From positions 1-35,395 of the forward strand of contig JBBQQR010000022.1 of assembly GCA_038215615.1 (NCBI GenBank): 35,395 bases of DNA, written 5' to 3'. Below the pieces are notes generated by a model. The model ran no database searches. It was not told the origin of the DNA and saw nothing but the letters and a program-made list of their open reading frames with translations. This DNA comes from Vulcanimicrobiales bacterium (GTDB lineage Bacteria; Vulcanimicrobiota; Vulcanimicrobiia; Vulcanimicrobiales; Vulcanimicrobiaceae). The position numbers and the translations under genes were made by a program. This document shows, one piece after another, positions 35,200-35,395 of this stretch (the stretch's first letter is position 1; each line of letters starts with the position of its first letter).

Positions 35200-35395
35200 G
35201 CTTCTTACGTTAGGGCACGGAACCGCAACCGCGGACGAACTTGCGGCCCTGATACGCGATGCCGGCATCGAGCTGATCGTGGACGTCCGGACGGTGCCCA
35301 AGAGCCGCCGGCATCCCCACTTCTGGCGCGAAGCAATGGAAGTCTGGGTTCCGGAACGCAGTGGGAGCGCATATCTCTGGCAACCGGCGCTCGGC
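35183..35395 (+). CDS. DUF488-family protein, runs off the window end
   Basis: Manual translation from GTG 35183: LLTLGHG...LIVDVRTVPKSRRHPHF...Y.W..ALG. Confidence 0.8.
   Translation, partial: MEPQPKLLTLGHGTATADELAALIRDAGIELIVDVRTVPKSRRHPHFWREAMEVWVPERSGSAYLWQPALG

Overview
GC-rich bacterial DNA from a diderm (it encodes TolC and a porin). The lineage cannot be fixed from the sequence; some gene families resemble those of Eremiobacterota-like soil bacteria (inference only). The window has three parts. (1) 1-1130: two host membrane genes, tRNA-Ile2(CAT) and tRNA-Glu(TTC). (2) 1108-17666: a complete ~16.5 kb element integrated in tRNA-Glu, bounded by 24-bp att repeats. It carries a tyrosine integrase that reads through the att core, an excisionase, a Prim-Pol/DUF3987 replication protein and iteron-like repeats. 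Its cargo is mntP plus a BlaI/M56-led, Met-rich RND efflux operon. (3) 17667-end: a second, partly decayed accessory region with many gene scraps and collinear duplicated blocks showing reciprocal deletions. It holds a stress/redox gene set: catalase, a secreted CuA-type cupredoxin, a Cyc2-like cytochrome-porin with an extra C-terminal heme domain, a divergent heme-copper enzyme lacking the catalytic Tyr (sNOR-like), His-bearing membrane proteins, a CDGSH/flavin reductase/cytochrome b-molybdoenzyme/AlkA operon, hemerythrin and DUF488. All family assignments are from motif recognition by eye; no searches were run.
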